In this document: positions 45,687-55,178 of the stretch, piece after piece | How positions within the stretch are numbered: position 1 is the stretch's first letter | Layout: each line of letters starts with the position of its first letter | DNA from: a virus | DNA length: 64,000 bases | Strand: one strand, 5' to 3' | IMG/VR virus record: IMGVR_UViG_2617270889_000001 | The notes under the pieces: generated by a model | Database searches by the model: none | Told to the model about the DNA's origin: nothing | The model's input: the letters and a program-made list of their open reading frames with translations, nothing else | Translations under genes and position numbers: made by a program

Positions 45687-45717
45687 GTCATTTGTCATTT
45701 GTCATTTGTCATTTGTC
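45687..45717. repeat. STRR2-type heptamer array (TTTGTCA)n
   Basis: gtcatttgtcatttgtcatttgtcatttgtc. Confidence 0.8.
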
Positions 45718-45718
45718 G

Positions 45719-46282
45719 TTATCGGCGACTGAAATAAATTGAGGTTGGGCGGCGAGAATAAGCTTCAGTCCGATCACGGGTGAGTAAGTAGCCTGCCGTG
45801 CCAAGGGCTGCCCCAGCTAGAGCATATTTACCTTTATTAGCTCCAAGATGACCTAACACTCCACGCCCAGCCCGCTTGGAAGCAACAGCAATATCACCAC
45901 CAATTTGACGAGCGCCTGTGGCAATATTTCCCGCACCAGCTTTAACGCCTGGGGAGACGATTTTATTGATCGCCCTCTTTGATTGACGTAAACCCTTTTT
46001 AACGATCGCTATTCCACCACGCTTAGTTTTTCTGAGGAAAGTTGGGGCATCTCTAGCGGCTTGTTTTACCTGCTGAGTAATGCTTTTTGAGGCACTAGAA
46101 GCGAATGGATCGGACACTGCCACCGCACCTGCTCCCGGTCTAAATTTGCTGGGCTTTATCGCCACGTTCTCGGCTACCGCCACACCTCCACCACCTCTAG
46201 CACGCCGACGACCCGCCCCTATTTCGGCAAATTCTGCATACTGAGTTTCAATATCCCGCATGGTAAATAAAATTACCGCCAT
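45719..46282 (-). CDS. Basic (K/R/G/A-rich) internal head protein with a hydrophobic C-terminal segment
   Basis: MAVILFTMRDIETQYAEF...; KYALAGAALGTAGYLL. Confidence 0.6.
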   Translation of the reverse strand: MAVILFTMRDIETQYAEFAEIGAGRRRARGGGGVAVAENVAIKPSKFRPGAGAVAVSDPFASSASKSITQQVKQAARDAPTFLRKTKRGGIAIVKKGLRQSKRAINKIVSPGVKAGAGNIATGARQIGGDIAVASKRAGRGVLGHLGANKGKYALAGAALGTAGYLLTRDRTEAYSRRPTSIYFSRR

Positions 46283-47190
46283 TACTTACGCCTCCTTCTT
46301 TTAAGAGTGACAGTGTTGCTTGTAAATTCTGCATTATCGCCCTCATCTTCTGAATACTGCTGCACGTATTCTTGGGGCATCTGCTGATAAGGGTCAATTT
46401 TAATAGGTTGTGGTTCTTGTATGACCATTTCTGCTGGTTCTTGGTCTAACCCCAATAGTTCCAGCAAATCTGCGTAAAAGTCATCAACCGCTTTTAATCT
46501 AAGCGCATCAGGAGTGATACCGATCATGTCGTTCCCGTCGGCTGATTCAATGTCACCAATCACGCGAAACAAGATATCAAAGCACTCTTGTGCTTCCCCC
46601 TTGAGACGGGCAATTCTGCCTTGCTGTTCTTTGGCTTCGGCGTAGCTCAAGTTAAAATAAGCGCGACTGCCTCCGTCATCAGCGCGGAATAAAGCAGGCC
46701 CGTGAATTGCTGGGAACGCAACAGAAGACACTTCTGCAATCCGTTCTGTATCTAAATCGATACCTGGGGATAAAGGTTTTATTAATCCTTTGCGTACCTC
46801 GTCAACATAATGGTTGATGTAAAACTTACCAAACATCCCAAATTTGCCAATCAAATCCCGCATTTTGGGATTGGGCAAATCGCGTTCTTGAATAATTCTC
46901 CCCTCTACACGAGAATGGAGTTTACCAAGTTTATTAAATCCACCGTTGGGGTTGACCAAGGTTTTGGCATGGTCGATCATCAAAGGAATTTCTACCCCAG
47001 AGTCAAAAGCCGCATTCGTGTTGTCTGTCAGCTGTTGTACTCTGTGGGATGGGAATTCATGAACCCTTCCTTTATTATCTTTTTGTGTTCCCTCAACCAA
47101 GAGAAGGGCATTCTTAATTAAAAAATCACCCTGCTCGTAGCTGCCAAACGCAACTAACCCACCGGCTGAATCAAAGTAAGCCTTGCTCAT
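46282..47190 (-). CDS. Prohead protease (Mu gpI-like); start revised to ATG 47190
   Basis: IPLMIDHA...LSPGID...IAEVSSVAFPAIHG follows the DH...LSP...PA pattern of the family. Confidence 0.7.
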   Translation of the reverse strand: MSKAYFDSAGGLVAFGSYEQGDFLIKNALLLVEGTQKDNKGRVHEFPSHRVQQLTDNTNAAFDSGVEIPLMIDHAKTLVNPNGGFNKLGKLHSRVEGRIIQERDLPNPKMRDLIGKFGMFGKFYINHYVDEVRKGLIKPLSPGIDLDTERIAEVSSVAFPAIHGPALFRADDGGSRAYFNLSYAEAKEQQGRIARLKGEAQECFDILFRVIGDIESADGNDMIGITPDALRLKAVDDFYADLLELLGLDQEPAEMVIQEPQPIKIDPYQQMPQEYVQQYSEDEGDNAEFTSNTVTLKRRRRK

Positions 47191-47198
47191 ATTAAAAA

Positions 47199-47221
47199 CA
47201 GATTGAGTTTTCACCAATCTG
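47199..47221. promoter_or_regulatory. Inverted repeat in the divergent protease/XRE intergenic region
   Basis: CAGATTG-9nt-CAATCTG. Confidence 0.45.
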
Positions 47222-47276
47222 CTAACAACTCGACTGACAATAGTATTATCTTTTTTATGACAAAGCGCCATACAGT

Positions 47277-47519
47277 ATGACAGATTGCCATATTTTAAGA
47301 AAGTTGAAGCAGGCAAGATTGGATGCAGGATTGTCACAGCTAAAAGCCGGGAAGTTCATCCATTGTTCTCAATCAACGCTTTGCAAAAAAGAGAGAGGCG
47401 ATCGCCGCTTCTTTGCTGAAGAACTATTGCAACTTTGTTATCTTTATAAGATATCCCCGAAGGATTTTATAGAAAAACGTAGAAAGAGGTCAAAAAAGAA
47501 ATCAGACATTAAAGGATAA
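47277..47519 (+). CDS. XRE-family HTH protein
   Basis: LKQARLDAGLSQLKAGKFIHCSQSTLCKKERG. Confidence 0.75.
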   Translation: MTDCHILRKLKQARLDAGLSQLKAGKFIHCSQSTLCKKERGDRRFFAEELLQLCYLYKISPKDFIEKRRKRSKKKSDIKG

Positions 47520-50500
47520 TTATGGATTTCTTAGAGATCGCATCTGTACTTGCATCTCTTGAACTTGCCTGTAATCATCCCCAATTTTTTTAACTAAATC
47601 TACCCTTTTGGCTTGCAAACTATCAATTTCATCAGATAGCTTGATTGCTCGTTGCGACAATCCCCCACCTAGTATTTGCTGCTGTTCTTGCAATCTCACT
47701 AACTGCTGATTGACGGTTGCAAGTTGAGATTGAGAAGAGGCGATCGCCCCTCTAAATTCTTCAGTACTGCTTTTAAGTTGTTGAATTTGCTGATAGGCTT
47801 CATCACCTAGCTTAAGGTCTTTGATATCTTCACCCACACCCTTCATCTGCTGTCTTGTCTGCTCAAATAAATCTCGTTTTTGGGCGAGTGCAATCTCATT
47901 TTTAGTTGTACCTTTGCCCTGTTGTTTGAGTAAATCTATTTCTTGATTGAGGTCGTTGATTTCTTTAAAAGTGTTGCGAGATGTGGAATCAAGGGCATCT
48001 AATTGTTGTTGAGCCTTAACTACTTTGGGGTTAGTTGATACCGCAGGGTTAGTAAATTGTTTGCTGTTAACAAGTCCTTTTAATCGTTCTTGGGTTGCTT
48101 GTAGTTGTTTTTGTAATTCCTCTGCACTGGTAGCTTTACCCTTGAGATCAAAGGTGGGTATGCGGTTAGCGTCATAGCGTAGGCGCTCGTAAATATCCTT
48201 GGCATCTTGATACGCTTGCTCAATAGTTTGGGATTGGTTTACACGAGAGTTACCTAACTGTTGCAGGAAGGTTTCGTTAGCTTGTTGGTATTGGTCGTAA
48301 AGTTTTGTAATGGGTTGAGAGGCGATCGCCCCAGGTTTTGCAGTGCTACCAATTACATCTTGATACCGTTTGCTCCATTCCTCCATATCAAGCAAAGTTT
48401 TCCTTGCATATCCATAAGCATCATCTGGAGAGATTTGGCGGAATAGCTCGGTGAGTGCGGCGTTATCTTTTTTATCAATAGCTTTTTGGATCTCTCGCTG
48501 TAGTTCGGTTAATCGATTGTTTGATGATCCGATGTTGCTGGGGTTGAGAGCGGCGTTTCGTGTTGAAAGCCAGTAGGTTAAATTGTCTTCAGCATTTTTG
48601 AGCAAGTCGTCAAAACCCTGAACTTTGCGGTCTGAGTTGATAAACCTAAACTCAGTATTACGTTTAACAACTTCAATGTTGGCTTCAATCTGTTTCGTTT
48701 TATCCCACAAATCAGATGCCATTTTGCGGATCTGGGCGAGTGACTTGGAAGTTGTGGGAGCGCCGTTAAGAACTAAAGATAAATCGCGGGGGATGTTGGC
48801 AGTATCCCAACCATTGAAACCAAGCAACCATGCCACCGTACCTTCAGGCATTGATTCTAGTTCTCGCATATCGGCTTGGATTTGTGACAATCGCCGCTCA
48901 ATTACTGGGGCAGTGTTACCCTCAAAGCCTTGATATTGCTCATCGTAGCGGTTGTAAAAGTTTTCTTGATTGGTGGCACGGTTATTTAAGTTGCGGGTTG
49001 CCGCTTCATCGGCGCGGCGGTAAAGTTTCGCACTGCTTTGCATTCGGCGCTGTACAGTGCGGAGGTCTTTTACAGTGTCGTACTGGGTTCTAAGTTCTGG
49101 TTCTAGCTGATTTTTAGTGACTGGTAGCTTGGAAAGTCGTTGTTGTAATTGCTTTAACTTTTCGGCAGTAGAAGCGATCGCCTGATTTGTTTGTTCAATC
49201 GTGTTAATAGCACCCCTAGCAGTGTCAATTACTGGGTTGGTGTAATCATTTAACTGGTCTGATACGGTTCTAATTTGGTCGATGGCATCAGACTGCTGAC
49301 GCTTGAGGCGTTGGAGTTCTAGCCATGCTTGGGAGCGTTCCGCACCGGGGGGAAGCCTAGAAACCTGGGATTCTAGAGTTTGGATTTTGGTATTAAATTC
49401 TTCTAGGTTGGTGCGGAGATTATCAGCAGTTTTTTGGGAAGTGACAGCAGCGCGTTGATTGTTGAGTTTAGTTACTCGCTGCTCTATTGCGTCAACTTTC
49501 TCATTAATTTTGGCAGCATACTTATTATTATTTTCAATCGCTCCATCAATAGTTTTGGTAGCTTTTTGAAGTTGAGCGCGGATTTGGGCGATGCTAGCGG
49601 GCGCTTGTTCAAAGTAGTTGGGCTTGGTGGGGTCAAGTAGGTTTTGGTAATTGTCCTCGACACTGGCTAACCGTCTATCCCATTCAAGTAATTGGTCTTC
49701 TACGGTAGAAACTTGCTGATTGAAACTACGAAAACCATCAACAGTATTTTGAGTGTCACTGGCTTGCTGTTTGAGTGACTTACCAAATAATTCTTTACTG
49801 TTTAACTGATCGTTGGCAGTTTTGACAGATGCTTGATTGAAGTCGTCAACACCACTCCGAATCCCTGACAGTTCTTGTTTCAAAGGATCGGTTACAATTG
49901 TTGGCACTTTTTGAGGTATTACTCGCTCCGGTGGTAATCCAGAAGTGGAGTAAGGTAACGGTGCGCGTGGTGAAATAGCATTACCAGCGCTTACATCTGG
50001 TGGTAATAAATCCTCCCCTGCCCCCCTGCCCCCCTGCCCCCCTGCCTCTCTTACTGGTACAGTTTCCTTAACTGGCGAAAATTGCCGAGGGATAACTACA
50101 GCGCGTTGCTGCATATTCTCAATGGTGCGATCGCCTATACCTTTGCCTTTAAGTCGAGTTTTTAAATCCTCAATATCTTTGAATGAACCTTTTTGCAGTT
50201 CGTTGAATATGGTTTCGGATTGCGATTTGGTCAACCCCAGATTAGCCGCCCATAACTGTGTAGGCGTGCGAATGCTTTTAGGGTCAAGTAAGGGGATAAT
50301 TTGATACCCTTCTGAGAGTTGCTTTAATCGCTCAAAGGTTTTTGCTCCAATTTCGGGGACGTTTTTTAAGTCCTCAATTTTGGTAATTGCTGACTGTTCC
50401 CGGCGCTTGAGGATCGCATTTACTTGGCGGACAGTAAGCGATCGCCCTGGTAATATTTTTTGCAATTCTTCACGAGTCGCGGTATTGATGTCAAGTTGCC

Positions 50501-51737
50501 CTAGTAATACCAAGGGTGTTACTGTTTCCCCTACTTCCTGTTGTTGCTGCGCTTGGGGTTGCTCCGACGCTCGTTCGCGCAGCGTGCCGGAGGCAGGACT
50601 CGCTACCGCTTCGCTATCAGCAACGGGTTCAGTTACAGGGGCTTTCTCACCAATCTCAGAACGGATTTGAGCAATTGCTTCAGCAAGGGTTATACCCGCC
50701 GCCGCAGTCGTGGTCTGTCCGGCGGCTCGTGCAATGGTTTGAATAGGTGTGATTGTTTTCCCGACTAGTACAGATGCAAGAATTCCAGCAGCCGCCCATA
50801 AAATTGGGCGCGGGACTAGTTCGCGGTTTTGTACAAAGCGATCGCGATCTTTTAGTTCAGGAGATTTTTTGAGTACTGGACTTAGCACGCAGCGACATCG
50901 AGGATGAATTGCTGGAGTATTAGCCGCGATCGCTTGCCAATCATTCAACGGAATAACCAAGCCGTGACGAGAAGCGCAAATATTACACCGTCTTTCGTCA
51001 ATTATTGTGTAAAATCTAACTGCTTCAACTAATCCAGACTCGCGGTAAGTCTCTAATCGTCCAGCGTTGTAAGCAAAAGTCAACTCAGTACGAGCAATGG
51101 TTTCAGCGCGTTTTGAATACCTGCCAGATTTAGTGCCTAGCCTTTCCTCAATGCGCTTGAGTAGTTCATTCCTGCTTATGGGTTGCTTGGTGTCGGGCTG
51201 TGGGGTGACTGCTGCGAGTAAGTCTTGCTGAATCTTTTTGTACTCCGAGTTTGTTACGTCTTGTGCTAACTGGTTAATCCGTCCCCTAATTGCGCTTTCG
51301 GCGGGGATGTTGCGGATTGGTCGGATTTGTACACCTGGTTTTTGTGCATCGTCAAAATAAATCAGGTTAGAGAATGAGTTAAAGTTGACTTTCCTGTTTG
51401 CGTTTTTTACCTCTGTATCGGCGTGGTTACTTCCCGTATTCCAGCCGGATAACCAGATGGAGTACAGCGATCGCTTGAGTGCAGATAGCATATATTCCTT
51501 TACTTGTAGCGGGTTTTTCTGGTTCTTTTTTAGTCGGGTATTTCCGTCATCTGCGGTCGTGGTTTGCAACAAATCTTTATCAATAAATGCTCTTGCTGCA
51601 TCTAAAGGAATGTTTGCTAACAACAAAGCACCTTTGGCTTCTAAATTATCTAAATCAGCTAATACTTTCTTTTCTCCCAAAATCAATTTATCGTTGGGGA
51701 ATTGGGGAGCGAAAGCACTAAAAACTGAATCAAACAT
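47520..51737 (-). CDS. Extended MuF (SPP1 gp7-like) minor head protein with HhH domains and a long coiled coil
   Basis: RAETIARTE...IDERRCNIC...PAIHPRCRC MuF domain; LDINTATREEL...VPEIGAKTFERL HhH plus a second HhH. Confidence 0.85.
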   Translation of the reverse strand: MFDSVFSAFAPQFPNDKLILGEKKVLADLDNLEAKGALLLANIPLDAARAFIDKDLLQTTTADDGNTRLKKNQKNPLQVKEYMLSALKRSLYSIWLSGWNTGSNHADTEVKNANRKVNFNSFSNLIYFDDAQKPGVQIRPIRNIPAESAIRGRINQLAQDVTNSEYKKIQQDLLAAVTPQPDTKQPISRNELLKRIEERLGTKSGRYSKRAETIARTELTFAYNAGRLETYRESGLVEAVRFYTIIDERRCNICASRHGLVIPLNDWQAIAANTPAIHPRCRCVLSPVLKKSPELKDRDRFVQNRELVPRPILWAAAGILASVLVGKTITPIQTIARAAGQTTTAAAGITLAEAIAQIRSEIGEKAPVTEPVADSEAVASPASGTLRERASEQPQAQQQQEVGETVTPLVLLGQLDINTATREELQKILPGRSLTVRQVNAILKRREQSAITKIEDLKNVPEIGAKTFERLKQLSEGYQIIPLLDPKSIRTPTQLWAANLGLTKSQSETIFNELQKGSFKDIEDLKTRLKGKGIGDRTIENMQQRAVVIPRQFSPVKETVPVREAGGQGGRGAGEDLLPPDVSAGNAISPRAPLPYSTSGLPPERVIPQKVPTIVTDPLKQELSGIRSGVDDFNQASVKTANDQLNSKELFGKSLKQQASDTQNTVDGFRSFNQQVSTVEDQLLEWDRRLASVEDNYQNLLDPTKPNYFEQAPASIAQIRAQLQKATKTIDGAIENNNKYAAKINEKVDAIEQRVTKLNNQRAAVTSQKTADNLRTNLEEFNTKIQTLESQVSRLPPGAERSQAWLELQRLKRQQSDAIDQIRTVSDQLNDYTNPVIDTARGAINTIEQTNQAIASTAEKLKQLQQRLSKLPVTKNQLEPELRTQYDTVKDLRTVQRRMQSSAKLYRRADEAATRNLNNRATNQENFYNRYDEQYQGFEGNTAPVIERRLSQIQADMRELESMPEGTVAWLLGFNGWDTANIPRDLSLVLNGAPTTSKSLAQIRKMASDLWDKTKQIEANIEVVKRNTEFRFINSDRKVQGFDDLLKNAEDNLTYWLSTRNAALNPSNIGSSNNRLTELQREIQKAIDKKDNAALTELFRQISPDDAYGYARKTLLDMEEWSKRYQDVIGSTAKPGAIASQPITKLYDQYQQANETFLQQLGNSRVNQSQTIEQAYQDAKDIYERLRYDANRIPTFDLKGKATSAEELQKQLQATQERLKGLVNSKQFTNPAVSTNPKVVKAQQQLDALDSTSRNTFKEINDLNQEIDLLKQQGKGTTKNEIALAQKRDLFEQTRQQMKGVGEDIKDLKLGDEAYQQIQQLKSSTEEFRGAIASSQSQLATVNQQLVRLQEQQQILGGGLSQRAIKLSDEIDSLQAKRVDLVKKIGDDYRQVQEMQVQMRSLRNP

Positions 51738-51745
51738 AATATTTT

Positions 51746-53104
51746 ATGACAACTATTGAAAACTCAAGTAAGCTAATTCCTTTATACGCCACAGAGTTAG
51801 CGCCGTGGTTAGATGAGCTTGATACTGATTTTGTAAGAGAACTTCCAGAAACAGGGGAGACTTACACCCTAGAAGATTTGATCAAGATGATCAAAATCTG
51901 CGTGGTAAATAAAGCGGCGATCAACTTAAAAACCATGAGAGCGGCGGCGGCGGTTGGACTTTACTCCCATAATGACCCTACCCCATATCCTACTGCGACA
52001 GGCCCGCAAACAATTCAAGAATGGATGCGCGGGAATTTTGACTCCATGAAAGGAAGTCTCCCCGCAGTAGTACGGAAGATGATTAAGCAAGCTTATAGTC
52101 TGGGAACTTCTTGCGGTGAGATTAGATGGTATAAGCGCAAAACTAGTCTGGGTTCCGAGTGGCGATTAAAGTCAATCCCTGTACTTAACCCTCTGCGGTA
52201 TTCGTTCGCTGGAGTTAAGGGTAGGGTAGATCGGATTATTTACCGCCCATTGCATGATTCTTCAAAAGCTATACCCTACGCAAAGCTACTTCACATTTAT
52301 TCACCATCACTTGAAGAGCCGGAAGATCCACGGGGCGATCCGGCGGCGGCTTCTGCTTTGCCATTTTACAAATCGCGGCAGATTATGTACAAGCAGTGGA
52401 CGCAAGCCGGACAAAGACAGGCCACTGGATTCACAATAATCAAAGCTCCCAGCGAGAAAACAGTAACAATTTTAGGGTCTAATGGCTTACCGCTAAGAAA
52501 CGACGATGGTACAATCAAAACTCAACCAGCGCTTTATGCAGCTGTTTCATCAGCCAAAAATATTGAAAATGGCAGCGTTTTCGGAACCGATAAAGAAAAC
52601 GATGTGATTAATGTTCCGGGTGGTGGTGGGGAAGGATTTTTTAATCTTTCACTTACTCACTACGAAAAAATGATTTTCTATGCTTACGGCGTGCCATCAA
52701 CAATTTTTAATGACACGGCATCAGGTATTGGGAATTCCGGGATTAATGCCGGACACCGACTAATACTTGATACCCAAATTGAGGATATTGTGAATGATTT
52801 AAGGGATGAGCTATTAGAAAAAATTGTACGTCCTTTGCTCATGGCTAACTTTGGCCCCAAATTTGAGGATAATTTGGGTGAGTTTAAATCAGATAAGTTC
52901 CTTGACCCGTCACTAGCGGCGACTAGAGTTAGTAATTTGACTATAGCAATGTCCTCTGGGACAATTGACGCAAACGACCTTGAAGCAACTAATAGACTGC
53001 GTGAAGATTTGGGATTGTCGCCATTTACTAAAGAACAATTTGACCAGCAGCAGCTTGCAAAACTATTGGCACAGCAAGAGCAGCAATATGGCGAAGGGTA
53101 TTGA
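51746..53104 (+). CDS. Portal protein (Mu gp29/DUF935-like)
   Basis: 452 aa; GTSCGEIRW, KLLHIY, EKMIFYAYGVP, IVRPLLMANFG, NRLREDLGL. Confidence 0.8.
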   Translation: MTTIENSSKLIPLYATELAPWLDELDTDFVRELPETGETYTLEDLIKMIKICVVNKAAINLKTMRAAAAVGLYSHNDPTPYPTATGPQTIQEWMRGNFDSMKGSLPAVVRKMIKQAYSLGTSCGEIRWYKRKTSLGSEWRLKSIPVLNPLRYSFAGVKGRVDRIIYRPLHDSSKAIPYAKLLHIYSPSLEEPEDPRGDPAAASALPFYKSRQIMYKQWTQAGQRQATGFTIIKAPSEKTVTILGSNGLPLRNDDGTIKTQPALYAAVSSAKNIENGSVFGTDKENDVINVPGGGGEGFFNLSLTHYEKMIFYAYGVPSTIFNDTASGIGNSGINAGHRLILDTQIEDIVNDLRDELLEKIVRPLLMANFGPKFEDNLGEFKSDKFLDPSLAATRVSNLTIAMSSGTIDANDLEATNRLREDLGLSPFTKEQFDQQQLAKLLAQQEQQYGEGY

Positions 53105-53161
53105 TTGGAATTATGTAAAGTCGTACTAGAAGCATAGAAGCATGAGATTTTTGTGTTTTAA

Positions 53162-53192
53162 AAGTTGAGAAGGGGCGATCGCCCCCTAACTT
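53162..53192. terminator. HIP1-centred hairpin after the portal gene
   Basis: aagtt...GGGGCGATCGCCCC...aactt. Confidence 0.5.
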
Positions 53193-53269
53193 GTAGGAAA
53201 AATATTATGAAATGAGAATCCTCTAAACTTAATCCATCTCTTTGGTGGCAATTAAATCTCGATGGTGGA

Positions 53270-53512
53270 ATGCTGAATGTTTTTATTCAACACAAACCAG
53301 ATGGATACTACGCCTTTATTGGCACTGGTATGCGCGTACAAGTGATGAAATTTCACACTTTACCTGAAGCCAAAGCGTGGTTGTTAAAACAGTTAAAGCT
53401 TTCACTTGATAAAATGCAATCCGAAATGCAACCGGAGATCCCTTGGCTATTGTGGGGATGCCTTGGGGGAGCTTTTGCCCTTTTAGCAACGTGGAGAATG
53501 TTAATTTTCTAG
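53270..53512 (+). CDS. Small protein with C-terminal transmembrane helix
   Basis: WLLWGCLGGAFALLATW. Confidence 0.55.
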   Translation: MLNVFIQHKPDGYYAFIGTGMRVQVMKFHTLPEAKAWLLKQLKLSLDKMQSEMQPEIPWLLWGCLGGAFALLATWRMLIF

Positions 53513-53520
53513 TTAATAAA

Positions 53521-53754
53521 ATGCCTGCACCAAAATATACTCATTGGAAAAATTCACCATCAAAATATGCGGCTTGTGGTACTCCCAACCCAAGAACAGG
53601 AACTTGCGAGAAGTTGCAAGTAACTTGTCCTCGGTGTTTGAGAATTGTGGAAAGAAGCGATCGCCTCAATGCTCTGCCTCAGCAATGCTACGAGTCTGTA
53701 ATTAAAAAAACTGAATCTTGGCTTGCCAAGTTGGGAAGATTTACCAGAGCATAG
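53521..53754 (+). CDS. Small Cys-rich protein; start revised to ATG 53521
   Basis: AACG...TCE...TCPRC. Confidence 0.55.
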   Translation: MPAPKYTHWKNSPSKYAACGTPNPRTGTCEKLQVTCPRCLRIVERSDRLNALPQQCYESVIKKTESWLAKLGRFTRA

Positions 53755-53820
53755 CCGATTGCTTTATCAAATCGATGTTATGCAAAATGCTGAAAAATTA
53801 TTGTAGAGGGGCGATCGCCT

Positions 53821-54123
53821 ATGAACAAAGATATAACTATAGTTCCCGCAGATTATCATTTTGAGATTCCTGAAGAAATTGCTAAATGTCCATACTGTGA
53901 GACAAAACTTCATGTTCAAGTGCATGGGTGGACAGAAGAAGATGACGGATGGGTTGCTGATTCGATAGAAATGGTATGCGAATCTGAGCCAGATATTGAT
54001 GACGATGCGTGGGATGATTTCAATGAATCCCATAGCGAAATGCCTTATGTTTATTTGCTGCCAGTGCAAAACACAGTACAGGAGTGGATTAACAATAATT
54101 TTCGGTTTGATATGGAGCAATGA
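53821..54123 (+). CDS. Acidic Zn-ribbon protein
   Basis: CPYC; GAGG-HIP1 immediately before the ATG. Confidence 0.6.
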   Translation: MNKDITIVPADYHFEIPEEIAKCPYCETKLHVQVHGWTEEDDGWVADSIEMVCESEPDIDDDAWDDFNESHSEMPYVYLLPVQNTVQEWINNNFRFDMEQ

Positions 54124-54992
54124 AATACGCTAAAAGTTTGCTCTACGGAATAATTGTAGATGCTGTTACTTCCGATTACCAAGATTACGCAAACTGGCAA
54201 TTAAGATGCCCCAAATGCGGGGAGCCAGTTCACTTGATTGGTGCATCAGAGCGAGTTGAACACGTAAGATTAGCGCCAAAATCAAAGCAGATAGTTTTGG
54301 TAAGTAGTGCCAAAATCAGTGCATCATTTGCTCATTTCAAGGGATTAGCCGATGAAGCTTGTGAAAACTTCAATTCCCAAATATCTAAGAACTATATTGA
54401 AAAATTTGAAAGAATAAATAGAGAGCAAAGGCTCAAGGTATATAATCAAAGATTTTTAGAAATAGTTGGCTATAACAAAAGTATGAAGGGATGCTTTTTT
54501 GATAACTTTAAAAAAGTAAATAAAATTAATAACAAAGTTGCTAAAAGTATTGAGCAAGATGCAGCAAAAGATTTTTACTCAACAGTATCACAATTAACTA
54601 AACTTGCAGGTGGGGCAAGAATTTTATTAGAAGGCATAAAATCTGATAAGTACCCATTAAATCGTTTTGACACAAGTCGAGCTAAAGATGAGGAGGTTAA
54701 ACAGTTTGTTCGGTGGGTACAAGAAGTTGACATTGATAGACAAATGATACTTCTTGAAGAAGCAATTGCCTTTTTAAAAACTCGCGCAGCGAGGGCGATC
54801 GCCTTACAGCTACTTGAATTATGTTTTTCTAGATTAATCTTCCATCGCCCAGGTACGATTGATTTAATCAAGATTTCAGGCAACTCCATAGCCGAAGAAG
54901 ATAGCAAATACAGGGAGTTAATCGAGCGATGTGTTACCGAATTAGTGCAAATATTTGCGCTTACCGATTGGGCAGGTGCGGTAGGAAATTGA
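54120..54992 (+). CDS. Protein with CoiA-like N-terminal Zn finger
   Basis: WQLRCPKCGEPVHL...SFAHF. Confidence 0.55.
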   Translation: MKYAKSLLYGIIVDAVTSDYQDYANWQLRCPKCGEPVHLIGASERVEHVRLAPKSKQIVLVSSAKISASFAHFKGLADEACENFNSQISKNYIEKFERINREQRLKVYNQRFLEIVGYNKSMKGCFFDNFKKVNKINNKVAKSIEQDAAKDFYSTVSQLTKLAGGARILLEGIKSDKYPLNRFDTSRAKDEEVKQFVRWVQEVDIDRQMILLEEAIAFLKTRAARAIALQLLELCFSRLIFHRPGTIDLIKISGNSIAEEDSKYRELIERCVTELVQIFALTDWAGAVGN

Positions 54993-55013
54993 AGTTGAAT
55001 AGAGGTTAAAACC

Positions 55014-55178
55014 GTGAAAGTATCTCTGGAATATCTTTACCATTACAGTTGTGACCACTGCCAGAAATGGTGGACAATTGGCGACATCAAGCCAGATATA
55101 AATAGCCAAGCGTTATGTCCACACTGCGGTAAAACAAGTTTAATTGTAGAAATCGTTCAATTTCAAACTAAGATATGA
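55014..55178 (+). CDS. 54-aa Zn-ribbon protein (absent from ORF track)
   Basis: GTG start, RBS AGAGG; CDHC...CPHC. Confidence 0.6.
   Translation: MKVSLEYLYHYSCDHCQKWWTIGDIKPDINSQALCPHCGKTSLIVEIVQFQTKI

Larger units (their letters stand above)
51735..53209. other. 11-bp inverted repeat flanking the portal gene
   Basis: CATAATATTTT (51735-51745) and AAAATATTATG (53199-53209). Confidence 0.55.

Noticed and set aside
47191-47337. ORF-track N-terminal extension of the protease
   Set aside because: It overlaps a convincing XRE gene on the other strand; ATG 47190 is preferred.
53767-54120. Minus-strand 117-aa hydrophobic ORF
   Set aside because: Antisense to the CPYC protein, which has a clear RBS and operon coupling.
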